Source of the DNA: an uncultured archaeon
Lineage (GTDB): Archaea; Aenigmatarchaeota; Aenigmatarchaeia; PWEA01; JAGHBM01
DNA length: 64,000 nucleotides
Assembly (NCBI GenBank): GCA_964584335.1
Contig: CAZOZN010000002.1
Coordinates: 200,025 to 264,024, forward strand
Direction of reading: 5' to 3'
Shown: positions 59,001 through 64,000 of the stretch, one piece after another
How positions within the stretch are numbered: the stretch's first letter is position 1
How the letters are laid out: each line of letters begins with the position of its first letter
Program-made: the position numbers and the translations under genes
The notes under the pieces: generated by a model
What the model saw: the letters and a program-made list of their open reading frames with translations, nothing else
The model's database searches: none
What the model was told of the DNA's origin: nothing

Positions 59001-62000
59001 ATCCCAGCTGCTGTTAGTCTCCATGGTAAAGTTTGTCCATGTTCCCGAAGGGCTTAAACTCTCGTTCTTTAATGGGTTCGTTGAATTAAACTCGACCTTT
59101 GATGTACCCATTTCTTCTGTCCAGTTTGCGTATATCTTTATGTTTTGACCCCTCAAAACTGATTCCGGTTCAATTCCATATATCTCGTTTTTAAGTTTTG
59201 GCGGTTGGTCTTCTGAAAGTATTATGTTAAAGGTGTCTGTATATGTCTTTATGAAATCTGTATCATTTATTATGAACTTGACAGCCTTTTCTTCCTGCGA
59301 AGTTGTGTTTATTTCCAACACATAATAAAAAGTCGCATTGGAACCCGGGGAAACTTTACCTCCCTGACCGGTATTCCATGATACATTTCCCTGATTAAAA
59401 GAACCTCCAGTAAATTCGGTACCATTATTATACCAAATATCGCTTTCTGATATTTTCCAGTTATTTAGGAACACATGAACTATATCAGAACCGCTTATAT
59501 CCCAGTCTTCTGTGCTTTGCATACTATTCTCCAAGTAAAATTCAATCCTGTATTTTTCACCCGTGTAAAGATTGAAAGTCTTGTTCAAACCATAATCAAT
59601 TAGATTGCTTGTGTTTGTATGTGTGTTGCTTGCTTCGGTTACATCATACACTGTTATATTCTTCAGGCTAACCCTTGAATCTGGTTGGGTTATGTTGAAT
59701 TCATATGTTCCTATAATGTAACTACCGTTTGTATTTTCAAGTATGTTGCCGTAAGGGTCTGTGAAACCCACCCAAGCTCTATATGTATCATTATCGCACC
59801 TTTTTGTATTCCAACTATCCCAAATGTTTCTTAGTTCCAGATAGTTGTAAGAACTAACATTTCTTCTTATCGATTCGTTTGTATCGTCCCATACAACTTC
59901 AAAGTCACCCCATCCTGTTCCTGTTTTCTTCTGAACTTTCATTAATAGGTAACCTGATGTATTTAGCTCCAATTGGTTAACAAAACTTGGAGACTGATAA
60001 TACTCCCCGCTAAGAGATGTGGATATTCCGGATGCTGTTGATTCTATTTGGCCGTAGCTAGTCGAACCAACTCCCGAATCAGTGTAATACATATAGTAAG
60101 TTTTTTCCGAATTCGGGTTAATAGTAACATTGAAAACGACTGTTGCGTTTTCGTAATAGTTTCCATCGTATTGAGCTTCCTTTATAAAGGAGTGAATAGA
60201 ACTGCCTGTTGAGTTGTAAATTCTTATTGAGTTGTTGTAGGCGTGTTCTTCTGCGAAGTTTACAAAAATTTCTGCAGGTTCTTTGTTTCTTCCAACACCA
60301 TTTTCTTCGGTTACGTTTATTTCTTTTCTGTATTTCCATGAAGGGTTGAACCAATTGTCCAATATATCCTCCAGCATTACATTCTCATTAGGGCCATATT
60401 CTTTTTCCTCGGTTTCAATATCTATAAGAGCAGATGATAAAACCTCAAAACTGAAAGTGCTGGAATTCCCTATGTTGTTTAAAGTATCATTAGCCCAAAC
60501 ATAATAGTAATAATTTCCTATTTCCCATGTATCTTTGAATGAACCCCTGAAGAAATTTGTTTCAGATTCTCCGTATGATATGAGAGAATCCGTTCCTGAC
60601 ATGAAAGTGGAATTTATCCAAGAGTCTGTTCTTGTTATATTGGAGAACTGTATTTCATCTATTTTACCTTCAAAGTAGCTTGTATCATCGAAACCCCCGC
60701 CTGTCTGACTTTCTGTTGCAGAGAACGCCATATATTGACTGCCTGGTGCACTTCTAGTACATTCGTAAATGTCTTTAAGTTCTCCGTCTAAATAGGCCTT
60801 TTCGTGTGAGCCGTTGTAAACCAAAGTTAAATGGTACCATTTGTTTTGGTTTATTGTTCCGAAAATAAGGTCGTCATTACAATTCCATATGTTTCCTCTT
60901 AGCTCTTTGTCACTGTTAAGACCTATCTTAGTGTAGTGATAACCAGAGTTTATTGTCTTCTGGCCCAATTCCGATACTATAACACCAGAATCTTCGGCAT
61001 AAACCCATAGGGAAAGTGTTTCTGTGCTCGGTGATGAAGTAAGCTGGTCGCTTATTAAGTAGTCATCGTTACCGTCAAAACTGTCTGCCCCGTCTATTTT
61101 ACCTGTCTTTTGCATGTTTGTATCCGGCGTTACATATTCCGTCAAATTGTTACCCCTTGAAGTAGAATCTGTGGCATTACCCGTGTTTTGGGAGAGATGC
61201 CATATTCCTATATAATCAGTATCCCAGACACCGCTGCTGTTCTGTCTGTCCTCCGCATTGCTGTTGCCGTAGTAAAGCCAGAAGGTTGTGTTTGAAGTGG
61301 ATGAAACAGCAGGCAGCCTTACCCAGACAAAGGAATCACCCGATTCATTCCACTTTTCTATCTCGTAGTCAAGCAAAGTATCATTCAAGATAAACCTTAC
61401 GTCCTCCCCGTTATCCTGTGTATTCGAGTAATCTATTCTAGAGGAATTAAGTTTAACCATTACCGGGAAATCAGACAGGTCTTCCTTTATCTTCCCCGAG
61501 TCTATTAAAAGTGGCATCCTATGATTCCAGGAAGAGTTCCAAAAGTTTTCAAGGCTTACATTTTCCATTTCAATCCAGTATTCATATCCTTCGGGACTCT
61601 CTATGTGGCTTCTTACTTTGTCTAGGCCATCCTCGTCTTCCACTTTAGATGATATGTTTATTTTCTGGCCATAACCTATTTGTTCCTGCGAAACTTCTGT
61701 TTCCGATATCTGCGGATTATCATGTATTGATATGGTCGTATAATTGTAAGAGTAAAATGTGAAGTAAGGGTGTCCTGTCTGTGAATGGGTTACGTTTATT
61801 GTATAGTTTCCTATATTCTTTGTATCGGGTATCTGATATTCTATTGAACCGTATCCTGAGCTATTGGTCTGAGAAAATCCTATATTCTCACCGTCCATTA
61901 TAAAGTTTATAAATTCTCCCTCAACGGGGTTTTGTGTGTCGTTATACAACAAGACCGAGGATATTTCTATAGTGTCTCCCGTTACCGGATTGTAGTTGCT

Positions 62001-64000
62001 TGATTTTGTTTCTGTAACAAGGGTACCGGTCCATACTTCTATGTCTCTTTTTCTTAAATCTTCATAGCCGTTTGAAGATTCTGATTCTATTATTACTTCA
62101 TTTGGCCCAAGGGAAGACGATGAATTGACTTCTATTGTTATATTGTTCCATTTTATTTCTCCTGGTGTTATATTACCAACAAATTTTTTCATACTACCAC
62201 TTGTGTTTATCCAACCGTTCGGGAGCGTATAATTTAGCCATACGTTTGTTATGTTTGTGCTTGAAAGTGTGTTATTTACATATGTTGTAATATTTACAGT
62301 GTTTGTTCTGGTAATGTTTTGAGGATAGTTGTATTCTATTATTTCTAATCCTACTGACCTTACTTTAAGTATCTGGCTTTCTTGAGTGTACCAGTTTCTA
62401 TTTTCGGAACCCGGGTTAATGTAACTCAGGTTTGCAGTTATGTTGTAGTCTCCCACCGGAGTAGAACTGTTTGTTTGTATTACAAAACTGGCTGTCCATG
62501 AATTTCCTCCTTTCTCATCCCCAAAATCTAGAAGGTAGTCTTTTCCTGACTGGTATGTTGCGTTTATCCATCCTATAGAACGGTCTTTATCTGATACTCT
62601 AACCTCATCTATGTCTCCAAGGAAATACTCGTTTACTGCATTACATGATGCTCCTATTGATACGTAATTCTGCCAGTTGAAGTTTGATTCGTTTTTGCAG
62701 TTGCTTGCCTTTTGTGCTCCATCTATGTATATCTTTTGTCCCGATAGACTGTTTACAGTATGCACTACCTTATGCCATTCACCATCCGCAACGTTTTCAC
62801 CCGAAGTGCACAGGGTCTCAGAACATCCGAATTCTGTTGGCCATGTCCTTACGCATATATCTCCCCCGCTTATGTATACATGCCTGTCATGTCCGTTTTG
62901 ACAAGAACCCGTGTTACCATGAGCATGGAATATGCCTCTGTTGTTGTTTGTTGTCTTGAACCATATTTCTGTTGTGAAATTTGTTAAAGGCATTACTAAA
63001 GGAACTTCTACGTGGTCGTTACTTCCATCGAAATTATTTGCACCATCAAATATTCCTTTTTGGTCTAAATAGGAGTCTGACATATCCATAGCCTCACCAT
63101 TTTTACTATTTCCAGAAGAATCGTAATGGTCATTGTAACTTCCGCTGGTCCTTGAAGTTTCTTCAAGATGATGAACCATCATATAGTTTTCATCCCAGAC
63201 ACCGCTGCTGTTCTGTCTGTCCTCCGCATTGCTGTTGCCGTAGTAAAGCCAGAAGGTTGTGTTTGAAGTGGATGAAACAGCAGGCAGCCTTACCCAGACA
63301 AAGGAATCACCCGATTCATTCCACTTTTCTATCTCGTAGTCAAGCAAAGTATCATTCAAGATAAACCTTACGTCCTCCCCGTTATCCTGTGTATTCGAGT
63401 AATCTATTCTAGAGGAATTAAGTTTAACCATTACCGGGAAATCAGACAGGTCTTCCTTTATCTTCCCCGAGTCTATTCTAATCTCTCTTTTTTTGTCCCA
63501 AGATTCGTTCCACCAGCTGGTTGACTCAAGAATATTATTTACTTCGCATGTTCCGCCATATTGTCCTGTCAAATTACATGAGCAATTAAATCCCAAAGAG
63601 TCCGGACAATTTATCGTGACATTAACATCTGTTATATTTTCCGACCAGGGATTAGTTATTTTGAAGCTGTATTCTGAGCTGTTTCCTTTGTATATTTCAT
63701 CCGGCGTTAGCGATGATGTTAGCTGTTCTTTTAAATTGTGTACTGTAAATGTCTCTGATGTGATAAAAGTGGTGTTCGCGTTTTTACCCATTATTGTTAT
63801 GTTCCAGTTAAATGTGTAAGTTCCTGTTGTAGCATCTTTAGGTATTCTGTAACCGTTTGAGGAATTATCGAACATCTTGGTGCAGAATTGGTTTTTTTCT
63901 ATATTGCTGCAATTTTTGGTTTCATTCGGACCCCAGCTGACTTTCTCTCCGTCTTTAAGTATGTTGAGTGTCACATTTACGTTTACTGCTTCTGACTCAA
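56007..64000 (-). CDS. Giant (more than 2655 aa, N-terminus outside window) cell-surface protein with repeated DUF2341/LamG-like (concanavalin-type jelly-roll) and Ig-like beta-sandwich modules
   Basis: The reading frame stays open from 56007 to the window end. The ORF-track M at 63974 is an internal GTG. It contains two identical 96-aa DUF2341-like modules (DSGKIKEDLSDFPVMVKLNSSRIDYSNTQDNGEDVRFILND...FWLYYGNSNAEDRQNSSGVWD). LamG-like segments include FDGSNDHVEVP...TTEIWFKT. There are hundreds of N-x-S/T sequons and no C-terminal anchor. Confidence 0.8.
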   Translation of the reverse strand, partial: ESEAVNVNVTLNILKDGEKVSWGPNETKNCSNIEKNQFCTKMFDNSSNGYRIPKDATTGTYTFNWNITIMGKNANTTFITSETFTVHNLKEQLTSSLTPDEIYKGNSSEYSFKITNPWSENITDVNVTINCPDSLGFNCSCNLTGQYGGTCEVNNILESTSWWNESWDKKREIRIDSGKIKEDLSDFPVMVKLNSSRIDYSNTQDNGEDVRFILNDTLLDYEIEKWNESGDSFVWVRLPAVSSTSNTTFWLYYGNSNAEDRQNSSGVWDENYMMVHHLEETSRTSGSYNDHYDSSGNSKNGEAMDMSDSYLDQKGIFDGANNFDGSNDHVEVPLVMPLTNFTTEIWFKTTNNNRGIFHAHGNTGSCQNGHDRHVYISGGDICVRTWPTEFGCSETLCTSGENVADGEWHKVVHTVNSLSGQKIYIDGAQKASNCKNESNFNWQNYVSIGASCNAVNEYFLGDIDEVRVSDKDRSIGWINATYQSGKDYLLDFGDEKGGNSWTASFVIQTNSSTPVGDYNITANLSYINPGSENRNWYTQESQILKVRSVGLEIIEYNYPQNITRTNTVNITTYVNNTLSSTNITNVWLNYTLPNGWINTSGSMKKFVGNITPGEIKWNNITIEVNSSSSLGPNEVIIESESSNGYEDLRKRDIEVWTGTLVTETKSSNYNPVTGDTIEISSVLLYNDTQNPVEGEFINFIMDGENIGFSQTNSSGYGSIEYQIPDTKNIGNYTINVTHSQTGHPYFTFYSYNYTTISIHDNPQISETEVSQEQIGYGQKINISSKVEDEDGLDKVRSHIESPEGYEYWIEMENVSLENFWNSSWNHRMPLLIDSGKIKEDLSDFPVMVKLNSSRIDYSNTQDNGEDVRFILNDTLLDYEIEKWNESGDSFVWVRLPAVSSTSNTTFWLYYGNSNAEDRQNSSGVWDTDYIGIWHLSQNTGNATDSTSRGNNLTEYVTPDTNMQKTGKIDGADSFDGNDDYLISDQLTSSPSTETLSLWVYAEDSGVIVSELGQKTINSGYHYTKIGLNSDKELRGNIWNCNDDLIFGTINQNKWYHLTLVYNGSHEKAYLDGELKDIYECTRSAPGSQYMAFSATESQTGGGFDDTSYFEGKIDEIQFSNITRTDSWINSTFMSGTDSLISYGESETNFFRGSFKDTWEIGNYYYYVWANDTLNNIGNSSTFSFEVLSSALIDIETEEKEYGPNENVMLEDILDNWFNPSWKYRKEINVTEENGVGRNKEPAEIFVNFAEEHAYNNSIRIYNSTGSSIHSFIKEAQYDGNYYENATVVFNVTINPNSEKTYYMYYTDSGVGSTSYGQIESTASGISTSLSGEYYQSPSFVNQLELNTSGYLLMKVQKKTGTGWGDFEVVWDDTNESIRRNVSSYNYLELRNIWDSWNTKRCDNDTYRAWVGFTDPYGNILENTNGSYIIGTYEFNITQPDSRVSLKNITVYDVTEASNTHTNTSNLIDYGLNKTFNLYTGEKYRIEFYLENSMQSTEDWDISGSDIVHVFLNNWKISESDIWYNNGTEFTGGSFNQGNVSWNTGQGGKVSPGSNATFYYVLEINTTSQEEKAVKFIINDTDFIKTYTDTFNIILSEDQPPKLKNEIYGIEPESVLRGQNIKIYANWTEEMGTSKVEFNSTNPLKNESLSPSGTWTNFTMETNSSWDTGKHVAKIYGYDLNDNINGTLTYMEFEVYGIASVTDSSPSSKTINQGEQVTFYCRVRDDENYYLEDYNISFYNSTDLMYVGKTNQTGWSNFTWTDNSLGTETITCNITDKPSSYYNASETSYQRTLELTTRENEKPKWYSTESSKEVVHKGESLKISAYWTDNYRLSQAVLESNDTGVFLNSSLHSPLSMSGNESWSNFSFSYPADSELGSVQWRIFGEDFFGNYNVTGILDFEAWGWASVTEIELNPDTIYVGNSSIIGCKVEDSNSSESIEDYPVKFYNQTHELGTNTTGSDGWAYWNYTDQSSGNELITCNITDNLPSYYNASENYVLSDTLYTAVPGEDTQAPRIVNNNYNINETNVYKDEAIKAYALWDDMPDYAYWEYNSTSSSMIENGADSPYTQNWTNISIGIGDDWLVGKHVIKAYANDSLGNMNDSLPYIEFTVKGYSEVEWISPTGYKNRGSLKLVARVKDYNNGQPIEDYTVVFYNSTWDQLGSSDTNSSGHASIDYDFSGYPVGDETLHCEIGDEPSLYYEKSIISDDSGTITLQGILNTSIQYPINESEYWRGETVKLNSTTEDENGINIIPDSVSWKSEPGEISNQENSTWIVPNDMSVGINKINITTYKNNYQNGFDERDIFVRGYSKIEWFSPPSGSKYNQTETIQLQCDVKDNETDSGIEDYNVSFYVYNNTHEWFVNTTESSPSGRATANWYVNKSIYSNGIYYTKCNITNQNSLYYNSSSNYEDNSTVNITQVEYAGRLVVKLNTPPDNTIVPLYRNFTVNATVTCKDDNCGNIEGAVRYNSTSGEPNTNIPASGTPFYTLNANPQTCNLNQDESCNMLWIVNATGNLDDYYNIDVIFYNPSNDTTNSLIRIGKVLVLNVSTNSIDWGNENPNQQGLAAPGNPYQIGLAKNSNDGDGIYIKGTHLSSGYSNLGVGNISWCKGCSGYPTSENLSTTYKTIQSNPQSGIIYNMYFWIDSYPVYFGEYSGVITIMANASW
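61222..61507. repeat. Perfect 286-nt direct repeat, copy A (inside the giant surface-protein gene)
   Basis: Nucleotide-identical to 63192-63477 over its whole length, checked base by base in the printed sequence (offset 1970 nt). Confidence 0.9.
63192..63477. repeat. Perfect 286-nt direct repeat, copy B
   Basis: Identical to 61222-61507. It encodes the same 96-aa DUF2341-like module. Confidence 0.9.

Noticed and set aside
63972-63974. Start of the giant surface-protein gene at 63974 as given in the ORF track
   Set aside because: The codon is an internal GTG and the frame stays open to position 64000 (…ESEAVNVNV-TLNILK…). The N-terminus with its signal peptide lies beyond the window.
1-64000. 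Searched for CRISPR arrays, cas genes, transposases, integrases and rRNA genes
   Set aside because: No regularly spaced direct repeats and no such protein signatures were found. The only long exact repeat is the 286-nt intragenic duplication.

Overview
This is a low-GC (about one-third G+C) archaeal genome window, most likely from a small-genome DPANN-type archaeon. Supporting this: AglB/STT3, RadB, Cdc48, an archaeal topo-I, leaderless TATA promoters about 25-30 nt upstream of starts, and intron-containing tRNAs including two with double introns. Genes are densely packed on both strands with no CRISPR array, transposase or integrase. Contents from 5' to 3': (1) an N-glycosylation island at 1-6.6 kb with an AlkP-like fragment, GT4, aglB, a Dol-P GT2, a cobalamin-binding radical SAM and a membrane GT2. 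(2) A pair of small highly charged proteins at 6.6-7.3 kb (a lysine-rich Cys3His zinc-finger protein and a PC4-like protein with a poly-acidic tail). (3) An energy and central-metabolism block: porB, H+-pyrophosphatase, AMP-forming ACS, ADP-forming ACD alpha, bacterial-type metK, nth, an Lhr helicase, an ABC-2 exporter, galT, PMM, PEP synthase, MetAP, Cdc48, uppP, radB, topA, serS, tyrS, a beta-CASP RNase overlapping rtcA, hsp20, and a second block acdB-PH-porG-porD-porA-HExxH protein. (4) A tRNA cluster at 46.1-47.3 kb (Ser, Val, Glu, Leu) containing an alpha3-truncated histone-fold mini-gene. (5) A kinase and thrC. (6) The most unusual locus, at 49-64 kb: two tandem MoxR AAA+ genes, a DUF58 (vWA-like) gene, a membrane protein with an HExxH motif inside a transmembrane helix, and convergent on these an operon of three secreted/anchored proteins. 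The last of the three is a giant protein of more than 2655 aa with LamG/DUF2341 domains, running off the window end and carrying a perfect 286-nt internal duplication. I propose this locus as a candidate AAA+-assisted cell-surface protein assembly/display system. All functional calls are from motif recognition by eye; no database searches were run.
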